Below the pieces are notes generated by a model, which was given only the letters and a program-made list of their open reading frames with translations, ran no database searches and had not been told where the DNA came from. 64,000 bases of DNA, taken from a candidate division WS6 bacterium OLB20 (GTDB lineage: Bacteria > Patescibacteriota > Dojkabacteria > B142 > OLB20). Positions 29,101 to 41,100 of the stretch are shown one piece after another. Both the position numbers and the translations under genes were made by a program. Where the stretch lies: NCBI GenBank assembly GCA_001567355.1, contig JYNZ01000005.1, forward strand, positions 3,981 through 67,980. Reading direction: 5' to 3'. Numbering within the stretch: position 1 is the stretch's first letter; each line of letters opens with the position of its first letter.

Positions 29101-32041
29101 TTTGACGTCGGGCAGTTATGCATTGACGATGAAGAAGTCATCAGGAGTCGGAGGGACTGCCAGCCTGTCCGGTGCCACAACCGGTTGGACCCATCTGTGC
29201 GGTGTATGGGACGGCAGCAGCAATGCGGATAGTATCCGCCTCTACCGTAATGGCACCCTTGCAGCAACTGCCTCGCCGGGACCGGTTTCTGTTGGAGCAG
29301 ACAGCAGCCTGCTGATCGGTCGACCCGTCTCTACGAACGACTTTCACTGGGACGGCAGACTGGATGACGTCAGAGTCTATAACAGGTTACTGTCAGAGCC
29401 TGAGATCAGCTCAATCTACAATTACAGTCCCGGGCCGCTTGCACAATGGAGATTTGACGAACAATCAGGCACAACTGTTAAAGATGACACACTCAACGCA
29501 ATCGACGGAAGTCTCGTGAACATGAATGATGCAAAACGGGTGCCCGGTCTATCAGGGAATGCGCTGGATTTTGACGGCAGCGGAGATTATGTCTCGTTTT
29601 CCAGTGATGCGCTACTCCCGCTGTCCAGTCAAAACAGGTCGTTCAGCCTGTGGGTCAGTCCAAGAACACTGGTAAGCGGTGACAGATATTTCTCTATGGG
29701 TAACTGGGCTGTAGGAAATTCTTTCGACATTGTGTCAAATACCAGCAACAGAATATCGGTTGTAGGACATACCAACAACTACCTCAGTACAGCAGCGATT
29801 CCACTATCAACCTGGACACATGTGGGGATTGTGCTTAACGGCACAAACCTCAGATTCTATCTGAACGGGAAGCTTGACTCGTCTCATACCGTATCACTCA
29901 ACACAGTAGCCTCAGGGGAGTTCCGCATCGGGGGAGTACTGCCGTCTAGGGGTGCAACTGATTACGACGGTTACATTGATGATTTTGTTATCTGGGGACA
30001 TGCGTTGACCGCCCAGGAGATGGAAAATATTTACGCTTACGGTACTGCTGCTAACAGTCTTGAGCTGGGTGATACATTTAACAGTGAGCTGATCGCCTAC
30101 TGGAAAATGGACGAGACCTCCTGGAACGGTACAACCGATGAGGTTATTGATATTGCCGGTGGTGACCATGACGGTACCCGTGTAGGCAACGCTACGACAT
30201 CAGCAGACGCAAAATTTGGCCGGGCGGGAACTTTTGACGGCAACGGTGATTATGTCAATGTCCCCTACAGCAGTGCTTTCACGACGTCAACGTTTACTGT
30301 GTCAGCCTGGATCAAACCTGACGTCCTCGGCCAGAATAGAACCATTATTACAACTGAGCCGAACTCAACCCCGACCCAGAACGGCTTTGGTATACGATTA
30401 CGGTCTGACAACAAATTCTGGCTTACTATCGGCAGAGCAGGCAACTCAGCGTCCGTCAGCAGCACTAAAACTGCAACAGCTGGAACCTGGACACAGGTTA
30501 CCGCGACATATGATGGAGTAACCGCAAAGATTTATATTGACGGAGAACCGGACGGCACTGCCGTAATCAACCGTACCGTTGACTCGACCCAGGCTCTGCG
30601 TATCGGCTGGTTCAGCAGCAGTTTTGTGAACGAAGCATTTGACGGGCAGATCGATGATGTGAGGCTTTACGGCGTCCAGCTTGAAGAGATGGATATAGAA
30701 ACCATATACAACAGATTCAATACTGTATATGGCGGATCTGAATTTGAGACTGGTGCAAGACCCGTTTTACAACACAACTTTGACCAGAAATCGGGGACAA
30801 CAGCAAACGACTCTTCAGGCAACAGTTTTAACGCAACACTGTTCAACATGGACAGCACCAACTGGGTGGACGGCAGGTATGGAAATGCTCTCCAGTTTAA
30901 CGGATCAAATGAATATGCATCGATTGCAAACCAGACACAACTGAATTCAACTGATTTCTCTGTTTCGGCCTGGATCAGGACCACCAGCTCAGGTGTCTCC
31001 AGAGTGCTGACCAAGGAAGGCAACACAAACGGTCAGCAGCGTTATTCTCTCGGAGCGAATGTGTCAGTTGCCGGCCGGGCTGACGTCAGTTTTTACGGCA
31101 CTTCTGTCAATACAGCGCAAAGTACCTCTTCAGTAAATGATGGCGAGTGGCATCACATCCTGGGCACATTCAGTGACACAAACAATCGCCTGCGTATCTA
31201 CGTTGACGGAGTTCTTCAAGCGACAACCACCACGACCCAGTCCCCGGTGGCAAGCAGCAATCCGCTTGAGATCGGCAGGTTTGACAGTGCTGCAGGCCAG
31301 TACTTTAACGGAAGCATTGATCAGGTCAGGTACTGGGAGCGTGAACTGAGTCCACGAGAGGCAGCAATAGAATTCGACGGTGGCAAGCCTGTTGCATGGT
31401 ATAAATTTGATGAGATCGAAGGCAACACTGCATATGACCACTCCGGAAACGGGGTTCATGGAACACTGACCAATATGTCTGTGCCGTCTGTATGGCAGGA
31501 AGACGCAAACTGCAAATACAACGGATGCCTTAGTTTTGATGGCAGCAATGACTACATCAGTGTCCCTCACAACAACGTTCAGAACCAGAACTCAGTCTCA
31601 ATCTCTCTCTGGGCGCGCTTCACTACCCTGGCAACGAGACCGCACGTGGTTACAAAAGGTATTAGCGGCTCTGCAGGAAAATATGCACTCGTAATAGAAA
31701 CCAACGGCATGTTGCGGCTGTTCTACGATACAGGCAGCGGGTGGACGTCAGTTAGCTCTCCAGCGGGACTGGTATCTGTAAACGAGTGGCATCATTTTGT
31801 GGTGACCTATACACCTGGAAGTACGGCAGTTTACTATGACGGCAGACGTGTCGGTTCTGCTGCCCCGGCCGGTAATCTGCGAAGCATTACAAATGCTATA
31901 TCCATAGGTAACTTCCAGGCGGGAGGATACGGGCACGTCAGCGGACGCATCGATGAAGTCAAGATCTGGAACTATGCCCTCACCCAGGATGACATTAACC
32001 GTGAATATTACGCTAACGGAGCCGCACTGCGATATGAATAA
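26138..32041 (+). CDS. giant secreted surface protein A (~1,967 aa): signal peptide, DUF2341-like module x2, then multiple LamG/ConA-like jellyroll repeats and a conserved C-terminal tail
   Basis: Signal peptide MFFAALILATPLAGSF...VAAANW. N-terminal module WGYRREITITGNGSDLTDIQYQLTGIDTQ...CQDVRFTNANGALLHYWIEDDD...FWIRLPRAESEGTTIYMYYGNP, recognised as DUF2341-like from memory. Repeated about 200-aa units match the Laminin_G_3 pattern (GNALDFDG..DYV..., ...SAW..., ...W.HV..TYDG....LYLNG, ...DG.IDDVRVYNR.LS..EI). The first ATG after the TTG at 26096 was chosen as start. Confidence 0.75.
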   Translation: MFFAALILATPLAGSFILPDRVAAANWLADNWGYRREITITGNGSDLTDIQYQLTGIDTQTLYNEGKLQFNCQDVRFTNANGALLHYWIEDDDTPCATDTGTDFWIRLPRAESEGTTIYMYYGNPDAAPYSSGSNTFTFFDGLGYSPAAWYNSSWSYRKRLTVNHTRVFDSTVSSFPVYIDMSLLGDDFWTGVDAQGDDVVVTAADGTTKLPRELVTIDAGTKSGELWFNAPSLSSTEDSYFYIYYGNGSATETNDTDTWNSAFTNVFHFDDNPTVSVTDSKGGVSGTSAGSMTSGDEVAAKVGNGLDFDGNDDRVDFTGTTSDIAGPWTLSMWIYNRDTANTFAILFDSATYSIRLEQSGTNNLGYTRYSAADYNAGYRLETSAWKHVTYIDTGSQMRILVDGVQVFSSATRINLPRTRIGLSATHAINGVLDESKLSNVARSDGWIRTEISNQSDPDGFITASGQEATSGSYDRLLTAGSPVQTDEGTIELSDPSGIEGLQSQTQYAINSKAVFRVSQSSTALNAGRLGFSNTSFAGGTMFADDAAYVVLNSAVTNWDRSVRNDGTATNGTGSIAETTALSEFEVGWRTGGVDFRVNNASNGSLTTNVPNESSYIRLESDNTADTITLDWVAVATYNADPPDSQVVGSEEKSQAPLLSLSFEESGGQTLLNTGSIGSAAVSYTGDSIFAASDDPYRTQGCPTGRCLSFDGSNDSVTVDHHALLNTTQFSFSMWYKPASTSTQYGLINKHLSPSAGWWVRQQSDGTVRFLIVTASGNIYVTTSASLPVATWTHITGTYDGTTPRIYFNGIEAAGTVTNPGNSGSATTSTRPLKIGESWADNENTRGAIDEVRLWPRGISADEVLREYNSYSAVLGAGTSRIEEGLAAWWQMNELTWNGTSGEVKDSSGSSYHGTAVSGTVTTPGYFGRAGSFDGTNDYISTGARTVDEPPYSICAWTQADVAAPSENKYIITNGGETGSSNGFSLSLLTSGSYALTMKKSSGVGGTASLSGATTGWTHLCGVWDGSSNADSIRLYRNGTLAATASPGPVSVGADSSLLIGRPVSTNDFHWDGRLDDVRVYNRLLSEPEISSIYNYSPGPLAQWRFDEQSGTTVKDDTLNAIDGSLVNMNDAKRVPGLSGNALDFDGSGDYVSFSSDALLPLSSQNRSFSLWVSPRTLVSGDRYFSMGNWAVGNSFDIVSNTSNRISVVGHTNNYLSTAAIPLSTWTHVGIVLNGTNLRFYLNGKLDSSHTVSLNTVASGEFRIGGVLPSRGATDYDGYIDDFVIWGHALTAQEMENIYAYGTAANSLELGDTFNSELIAYWKMDETSWNGTTDEVIDIAGGDHDGTRVGNATTSADAKFGRAGTFDGNGDYVNVPYSSAFTTSTFTVSAWIKPDVLGQNRTIITTEPNSTPTQNGFGIRLRSDNKFWLTIGRAGNSASVSSTKTATAGTWTQVTATYDGVTAKIYIDGEPDGTAVINRTVDSTQALRIGWFSSSFVNEAFDGQIDDVRLYGVQLEEMDIETIYNRFNTVYGGSEFETGARPVLQHNFDQKSGTTANDSSGNSFNATLFNMDSTNWVDGRYGNALQFNGSNEYASIANQTQLNSTDFSVSAWIRTTSSGVSRVLTKEGNTNGQQRYSLGANVSVAGRADVSFYGTSVNTAQSTSSVNDGEWHHILGTFSDTNNRLRIYVDGVLQATTTTTQSPVASSNPLEIGRFDSAAGQYFNGSIDQVRYWERELSPREAAIEFDGGKPVAWYKFDEIEGNTAYDHSGNGVHGTLTNMSVPSVWQEDANCKYNGCLSFDGSNDYISVPHNNVQNQNSVSISLWARFTTLATRPHVVTKGISGSAGKYALVIETNGMLRLFYDTGSGWTSVSSPAGLVSVNEWHHFVVTYTPGSTAVYYDGRRVGSAAPAGNLRSITNAISIGNFQAGGYGHVSGRIDEVKIWNYALTQDDINREYYANGAALRYE

Positions 32042-35000
32042 CATTCATAAACTGAAGCAGAAAATCTACAGCCCGGCAGTCCGGATATTGCTTGTTGCGG
32101 TTGTTCTGATCATGCCAGTTGCAGGTATTACCGTGTTTCCTGCTGATGTATCAGCAGCTCAGTGGCTTGGCGACAGCTGGGGCTACAGGCGTGAGATCAC
32201 AATTACCGGCAATGGATCCGACCTGACTGATATTCAGTACCAGCTGACAGGTATTGATACCCAAGCGCTGTACACAACCGGTAAGCTCCAGTTCAACTGT
32301 GAGGATGTCAGGTTTACAAATGCAAACGGTGCCCTTCTTTACTACTGGATCGAGGATGATGACACCGCCTGCGGTGAGGATACCAGCACAGACTTCTGGA
32401 TCAGACTGCCACGGGCAGAGACCGAAGGAACCACAGTGTACATGTACTACGGCAACCCTGCTGCCGAACCGTACAGCTCGGGTAGCAATACGTTTCATTT
32501 TTTTGATGATCTCAACAGTTACAATGCACCCTGGTACGACCTGAACTGGCCATCGAGAGTCAGCTTCAAGGTTAATCATTCAAAAGTCGAATCATCTTCC
32601 CTGACAGATTTTCCCGTTTACTTTGATCTTTCGTTGCTGGGAGACGACTTCTGGAACAATGTGGATCCTCAGGGAGACGATATCGTAATCACCGCAGCAA
32701 ACGGAACAACAAAACTTTCCCGTGAGCTCGTTTCCCTAAACACCGGTACACAAACTGGTCAGCTATGGTTTAAAGCACCTCAACTGTCGGGCACAGAAGA
32801 TACGCTCTATTACTTATACTTTGGCTACAACTCTGCTGCCGAAACTAATGATACCGGTACATGGACAAATTATGCCAGTGTACACCACCTGGAAAGTGAC
32901 CCCTCTGGCAGTGCGCCTCAGTTTACAGACAGCTCAGCAGCAGGACTCAATGGTACGTCAGGCGGCACAATGAATTCCGGAGATCTTGTCAGCGGCATTA
33001 TCGGTAACTCAATCGAATTTGACGGTGTAAACGACTATATCTCAATCGGCACCAATGCACTGCATGCGTATACAAACAATTTTTCAGTTTCTGCATGGGT
33101 AAATCTGAACACGTTATCCACCGGTGCTCAGCATGTTTTCGGAACATACGGAGGGCGCTGGGTAATTCAGGAGACCGACGGATTATTCCAGTCAAATTCA
33201 TTTACCTCTGGGAACAATATTATCAGCTCAACCTCGAGTACGGGGTGGGTACACCTGGCTATGTCAAAGCGAAGTTCGGGAACAGGATCAGAGCTCTTTA
33301 TCAATGGCCGTTCGGTGTCCAGTTCGTCAGCGACAGCAAACATATCCAATGTTACGAACACCTCGACCCAGATCGGCAGCGACTCGTTCAGCTACCCGGC
33401 CAGAAGTACCGATGGAAGGATTGACGAGGTACGGTTTCACACCACACCGAGAACTGCAGGCTGGTTTGCCACAGAGTACAACAACCAGTCGTCTCCCGAA
33501 GATTTTCTCACTATCTACTCGGTTCAAAGTTCGAATGCATCCGGAACATCAATGGATAATTTTCAGCTTTCAGGTTCTCCCCAGTTCAGCAATGGCACGG
33601 TCTCACTGTCTGATGCGTCAACTGTCGAAGGTATTCAATCCGATGCACAGTTTGGTATCAACAGCAAGGCCATCTTCAGAGCGTCGCAATCAACCACAGC
33701 ATTGCAAACCGGCAGACTGGGTTTCAGCAACAGTGCGTTCCCGACAGGTTTTACCAGTGACGATGCAGCAATGATATTGCTTAACAGCGGAACAAACTGG
33801 CATGGCGAAAACAGCAACGAGGGTTCTGCTACAACAGCAGCAGGATCAATTGCGGAGACGACAGCATTAAGCGAGTTTGAGGTTGGCTGGCGGACAGGCG
33901 GTGTCGACTTCCGGATCAACAATATCAGCAATGGTGCAATCACTACAAACGTTCCCAATGAGAGCAGTTATGTACGGTTTGAGTCGGATAACACAGCTGA
34001 CACCATTACACTAGACTGGATCGCCGTTGCCGGTTACAACGCTGATCCTCCAGACAGCCAGGTGGTCGGCAGCGAAGAACTGGGGAGCGGTCCGGTACTC
34101 TACTTACCACTGGATGAAACATCCGGACAGGAACTCGTCAACAGAGGATCAGGTGGCTCTGCCTTAAACGGTTATCTTGGCAACACAGCTGCAGCATCAA
34201 CCGCAGACCCTCGCAGGATCAGTGACTGTATATCAGGCAACTGTCTCAGCCTTGATGGTACAACCGACATGTTTCAGGTCAATGATCATAATCTGCTCGA
34301 CTTCGGCACCGGAGACTTTACACTGTCACTCTGGATGAAACCCGGTGACCAGGCTGGAGGGAACACAAACTATTCCGCTGTGTTCATCAAGGCATCCAAT
34401 CCTTCACCACCGTATGAAGGGATGACGGCATTCTTTGATACTCCAATCGCAACTCCTGCCGGAAGGACTACATTCAGGGTAAGCAATGCTAGCGAACTGA
34501 CCTCAAATGCATCCGGCATGGACAATAATACCTGGCGTCACTTTACTTACATTCGCAGCAGCAATCAGCTGCAGATATATATCAATGGGGTTCTGGACAG
34601 CACGCTTAACATCTCTTCGCTCAATATTACAAATACCGCCCCGCTCCGATTCGGCTCTAACCATACCTCCACAACAACACAGAATTTCTACGGACTGATG
34701 GATGAGATCAAAGTCTGGCCCAGAGCTCTTTCTCTGTCAGAGATACGTGAGCAATACAACGAGAACGCGTCCGTGCTTGGCAGTTCTGCTAACAGTACAC
34801 TTGATGGTCTTGCGGGCTGGTGGAAGATGGATGATGCCAACTGGAACGGTACTGCAGGAGAGGTCCGTGACAGCTCAGGACTTAACCTGAACGGTACGAC
34901 CGTCAACGGAACAGGTTTAACCTCAGGGATAACACACAGAGCAGCCTCTTTTGATGCAACAAATGACCGGATTGACCTGCCTGCTTCATCGGCACTTGAT

Positions 35001-38000
35001 TTGCAGCGCCTCTCGATTACTGCGTGGATTTATCCAAATGCACTGGATCAGAATGGCAATATCTTTACAAAAACCACGAACGGATCCGATAACACCCAGT
35101 ATCTCTGCTTTCTGCAGGGTACCCCCTACAACACACCACGACTGATCTGGAGAACGGTCAATGGCGCGACGTCCTACGATCTGCATGTCGATATTTCATC
35201 GACTCCGATTACAGCCAGCTCATGGCACCATATTGCCTGTACCTATGACGGATCATTCAAGCGTATATACGTTAACGGAGAACTGGAGGCAGAAGTCGCA
35301 TTCTCCACCCCGATCAACACGAACGCAGCAGGAATAAGCAGAATCGGCTCGCTTGGTGGCGGATTTGTATTTAACGGAAGGATCGACGACGTACGGGTCT
35401 ACAACAGAGGGCTCAGTGAGGAGGAGCTTTACGAAGTCTATACCTACCAACCCGGTCCGCTCGCCCATTGGAAGTTTGACGAGCAGTCCGGAACGACTGT
35501 TTTCGATGATACACTCAACACCTTAAACGGCAGCCTGGTGAACATGGACGACAGCAAGCGGATACAGGGACGTTCAGGCAATGCACTTGATTTTGATGGT
35601 ACCGTGGATTATGTGTCATTCCCAAGTGACAGTATTTTGCCAGCAGGAAATCAAAGCAGATCGTTGAGTTTCTGGGCACGACCGAGAACCCTCGCAAGTG
35701 GCGACAGGTATTTTTCTATGGGGAACTGGGCAGTCGGCAATTCGTTTGATGTTGTCTCTAATGTCAGCAACAGAATATCGGTGGTGGGACATACGAATAA
35801 CTACATAAGTACTGCATCTGTACCCCTTTCCACCTGGACTCATGTTGGTATAGTCCTTAACGGGACTAACCTGCGATTCTATCTTAACGGGAAGCTTGAC
35901 TCATCCCATACCGTATCGCTCAATACAGTAGCCGCAGGAGAGTTCCGCATCGGCGGATCGCTGCCGTCACGAGGTGCGACAGACTATGACGGATACATTG
36001 ATGATATGCGGATTTATGGCTATGCACTCACACAGACAGAACTAGTAGCCCTTTGGCAACATGAAGCTGGAATACATGCCGCTGATGATTCCGCAGACCT
36101 CTACGCCTACTGGAAGTTTGATGAGAGCACATGGACCGGTATATCATCAGAAGTACATGACTCATCAGGCAACAGCAACCACCTGACAGCATTTAACGGC
36201 GTTACAACAACCGGCGACGCTGTCTTTGGCAGAGCCGGCAGCTTCAACGGCAGCAGTCACTATCTCAGCGGTGCCAGTTTTAATGTTACCGGTGATTACA
36301 GCGTGACCGGATGGTTTAAGACCTCAATGGCCGCAGACGGTGATGTGATCGCACTCACATCAGGGGGCAACCACGGAATCCTGATTGAGAAGTCATCCAG
36401 CGTGGCTTCACCACCACACAGTCTGCGCTTTCTTCACCGAAAGCCAGTCGGAATAAGCGGTGGACAGAACCTGCAATCTAATCGAGCCGTAAATGACAGC
36501 ACTTGGCATTTTTTTTGCTGCCGTCCAGTCAAGTACCTCACAGATGGAGTTATACATTGACGGAGCATTATTGACTTCAACCACACCGACAGGCACCTTT
36601 AATGACACATTAACTGCAACAATCGGCAGAATAAGCAACCTTAGTTCTGCACGATACTTCAGCGGTCAGATAGACGAAATCAAGGTATGGAAGAAGGCAC
36701 TGTCCGCAGAAGACGTAAGCGGAGAGTACCTGCGCCAGAATCTAATAGCCGGTTCAGAGAATGACCGTTCGCCTGTACTCAAGCATAACTTTGATCAGAA
36801 GTCAGGTACATCTGCGCTTGACTCATCCGGTAACAGCTTCAATGCGACGCTGTTCAACATGGACAGTACCAACTGGGTGAAGGGTAAAAGCGGGAATGCC
36901 CTGCTGTTTAACGGCTCAAACGAATACGGAACAATTGCCAACCAGACACTGCTTAACTCAACAGACTTCAGTGTATCAGCCTGGTTTAAAACGACCAGCA
37001 CATCACAGGGCAGAATACTGACAAAAGAGTCAAACACCAATGGACGTCAGCGATATTCGCTCGGAGTAAACGTAGCACTGACCGGACGCGCTGAAGTCCG
37101 GTTTGATAGTGGGACTCCAGTAATAGCTCAGAGTACATCCACCATCAACGACGGTAACTGGCATCACATTTTGGGCACGTTCAGTGACTCCAATAATCGA
37201 TTGAGACTTTACATTGATGGCAGGCTGGAGACGACTACTACAACAGCGCTAACTCCTGAAGCAAGTAGCAATCCCGTTGACATCGGCAGATTTGACGGAT
37301 CCTTTGGACATTATTTTAATGGTACGATCGATCAGATCAGATACTGGAACCGTGAGCTGACACCGCGTGAGGCAGTGATGGAATATTCCGGTGGTTCAAC
37401 GATCGCCTGGTATAAGTTTGATGAGAACGAAGGTAACACAGCCTATGATCACTCAGGTAACGCTGCACACGGTACATTATCCAACATGAGCCCCGCATCT
37501 GACTGGCAGGATGAAGCGAACTGTCAGAACAACGGCTGTCTCAGCTTTTCAGGAGGAAACGATTACATTGGTCTTACGAACGAGTCACTGTTTGACTTTG
37601 AACGCACCTCACAGTTCAGTGTCTGCACCTGGGCACGGTTCAATAACATTACTGATACGTCGCACACTCTGGCTGGCAAACTGGATGGCACAAACAGGGG
37701 CTGGGAGTTTACCGCGTACGATGGTGCGACGGGATCGGACGGACTGCTGGTTTACCTGATCAGTACATGGCCATCCAACAGGATTACTAATATCTACGAC
37801 AATGCTCTGAGTGCAAACCGCTGGTACCATCTCTGCCTCACATATGACGGCAGCGTCACGAATGCCGGCGTCAAAGTCTATCGTGACGGACAGCTGCTGA
37901 CGCCGACAAGCACTACAAACACGCTGTCAGGCACTATGCTGCAGAATGCCCCGGCGTATGTCGGGGGCCGGACAGGCGGTTCCGGAAACCTGGGCCATAA

Positions 38001-38100
38001 TGGCAGAATGGATGAGATGAAAATATGGAATTACGAACTGACACAGGAAGACATTAACAGGGAATATACATCTAACGGTGCCGCGCTGCGCTATGAATAG
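32034..38100 (+). CDS. giant secreted surface protein B (paralog of A; ~2,020 aa if the frameshift at the T8 run 36509-36516 is corrected)
   Basis: The start ATG at 32034 overlaps the gene A stop (ATGAATAA). Same architecture as A. Two ORFs (31953..36560 and 36493..38100) overlap at a T8 homopolymer; removing one T gives a continuous LamG repeat ...DSTWHFFAAVQSSTSQMELYIDGALL. The C-terminal tail NREYTSNGAALRYE is conserved. Confidence 0.7.
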
Positions 38101-41100
38101 ACACTTCCGACAGCTGAACAGACGGATCCACAGTAAAACTGCCACTGTTGTGATGGTGCTCATGGTTATTGCAACACCGCTTTTGAGTATGACTGTTTTT
38201 CCTGCTCCGGCAGCAGCAACGGGCTGGCTTGGTGAACAGTGGGAATACAGGCGTGAGATCACGATCAGCGGTAACGGCAGTGACCTTACAGATATTCAGT
38301 ACCAGCTTACAGGAATCGATACTCAGACTTTGTACAATGAGGGGAAACTGCAGTTTGACTGTCAGGATGTCCGATTCACTAATGCGTATGGTGCTCTGCT
38401 GCATTTCTGGATCGAAGATGACAGTTCGTCATGCGGGGTTGATACCTCGACCGACTTCTGGATACGACTGCCGCGCGCTGAAGCTGAAGGTACAACTATA
38501 TTCATGTACTACGGTAATCCCCAGGCACCGGCATACCTTAGTCCCGAGCGTACCTTCGACTTTTTCAGTCAGTTTTCCTCGTTCAGAGTACCCTGGTATA
38601 ACAGTGCCTGGCAGAACAGACTCAAGATCAGTATAAATCGCGAGAAAGTGAGGGGTACTATTCCCAATTTTCCGGTAGCACTCGATCTCTCGATTCTCGG
38701 ATCGGCATTCTGGCAGAACGTTGATCCGCAGGGAGACGATCTGGTGATTACAGCAGCTGACGGAACTACAAAACTAGCCCGTGAACTGGTTACGATAAAC
38801 ACCGGGACAGAAACAGGGACACTCTGGTTTAAAGCACCGGTTGTAACAAATGAAGAAGATACCGACTTCTACCTTTACTACGGAAATCCTGCTGCCACCG
38901 AGACCGATGATACTGCCACCTGGAGCGGTCACGGACTGGTTCAGCATCTTGAAGAATCTCCTACAGGCAGCGCTCCTCAGATAACCGACAGTTCGGGGAG
39001 CAACAATAATGGAACTACGAGCGGGTTTGTTTCGGGAGATCTCGTAGATACTGTAATCGATAGCGGACTTAACTTTGACGGGAACGATAACGAGGTGAAC
39101 AGTGGCATCCCGTTTGCATCGGTCACTAACAACTTCAGTTACTCCTTCTGGGCGTATCCCGAATCCACACGGACCGAGACAGTGCAGGCCAACAGCGGTA
39201 TTACCGGAACAAGCGGCCAGCGGTTTGTTGTCTACCCCGAACACGGGGGCGTGGCTTTCGGCTCAAATGCACGTGCAGGTGCAGGCGTCTCATTCGGGAC
39301 AAACGGAATATCTGTGTTTGAACATTCCGGATCCTATCTGCCATCTCTGCTCGTCCACAATCACCCGTATACCGGCTGGACCCATGTCGTGGTTGTATAC
39401 AGTGCAGGGACACCAGTTCTGTACGTTAACGGAAAATTCGTTAAGACAGGTCTCGCAAGTACCAAAACGGTGCACCCGGGTGCGTCTCTGGCAATCGGAG
39501 CATTCGGTAAATTCGACGGACTTGTTGATGAATTCCGTGTCATCAATTCTGCAGTCACACCCAACTGGATATCGACCGAGTACGAGAACCATTCATCACC
39601 CGAGACGTTTTTTTTACTGTCAGTGAATCGGTTTCTCAGGTTAATGATTCATCAGTTCAGTCGTATCCGCCCGATCCTGCAAGTGCAGATCCTGTCTGGG
39701 TGTACAACGGCACCCCGGATACGCTTGATGGAACGGTTGTACTGCAAGACGTATCGGGAGTTGACCGGTTCAGATCTGAAGAAACATTCGCGGTAAACTC
39801 AAGGCTCATCTTTCGCGCAAGACAGACAGATGTTACTCTCAACAGTGCGACAGCAGGTTTCAGCAACAGCGAACTCTCTGCTGCGGCAACCGCTGATGAC
39901 GCGGCAGTCAGACTGTTTGACAGCTCCAGTGGAGGTAATTTTGAACGCACTGTGGTCAACGAATCCGTTTCCACTTCTGGAACAGGCTCTCTGCTGGAAG
40001 ATACACAATTCCACGATTTTGAGATCGGCTGGCGTTCCGGTGCGATTGACTTCAGGATAGATAACACGTCAGACGGCACCCTGAGTACAAACGTACCAAA
40101 TGAACCATCTTATATCAGGTTCGATAACAACTCAACGTCGGTTTTATTCCAGGTCGACTGGGTTGCAGTTGCGAACTACCATGATGATCCGCCTGACTCA
40201 CAGGTTGTCGGTTCAGAACAGCGTTCTGATCGTCCGGCAGTTTACTATCCTCTGAACAGAAATCAAACAAACAGTCAGATCGCTGATGAGTACTTCAATA
40301 CACGACAGCATAAACTGACACTTGGATCGACAAATCAATCAGACAGTGCTGATCCTGTCTGGTCAGATCAGTGCATTAAAGACAGCTGTCTTCTGTTTGA
40401 CGGTGCAAATGATTTTGCCGGTCCCATCACTGATGGACAGTTTGCGTCTGTCTCAAATACTTTTTCCATGTCAATCTGGGCACATCCGACTGCAACACGC
40501 GTTACAACTGCAGAGGCAAATGGTAACAACTTCAGCGCAGGTCACCAGCACCGGCAGGCAATTGCGGCAAGTCAGGGCACCCTTTTATATGGCAGCGGCA
40601 GGGTTAGCGCAGGATTGTCCGTCGGGACTAACGGTGTCAGTGTGATTGAGCATGGATCCTCATACTTCTCCACTCCGCTCGTGCACGATATGGCATTAAG
40701 CGGCTGGAACCATATTGTTGTTGTCTATGAAAACAAGCAGCCACGCATCTATGTAAACGGATACCTTGTTCATACCGGCATCACCAGCGACCGTACCGCA
40801 ATACATCCCAGCAACTATCTTGGTGACACACAGAGCAATTACGGTACGTTTAAAGGTTTCCTCGATGAATTCAGACTGTATCCGCGCGTTCTGACAGAGA
40901 CTGAGATACGGCAGCAGTATAACGAGGGTTCATCTGTCCTGGGTGTCTCGACTGGTGGCAGTGCTTTGAGCAACGGCCTTGTCGGCTGGTGGAAGATGGA
41001 CGAGACTGCGGCAAACCAGTGCAGCGGTGGTGTCAATGACAGCTGCGATTCTTCGGGCAGCGGCAACGATATGGCCTGGGCTGGTAATACTTCAGCAAGC

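Noticed and set aside
36509-39615. Programmed ribosomal frameshifting as the explanation for the split giant genes
   Set aside because: The two sites need shifts of opposite sign (-1 nt in B; +1 or -2 nt in C). No downstream stimulatory structure is evident. The housekeeping genes glyA and recJ show the same kind of lesion, so indel error or slippage variation fits better.
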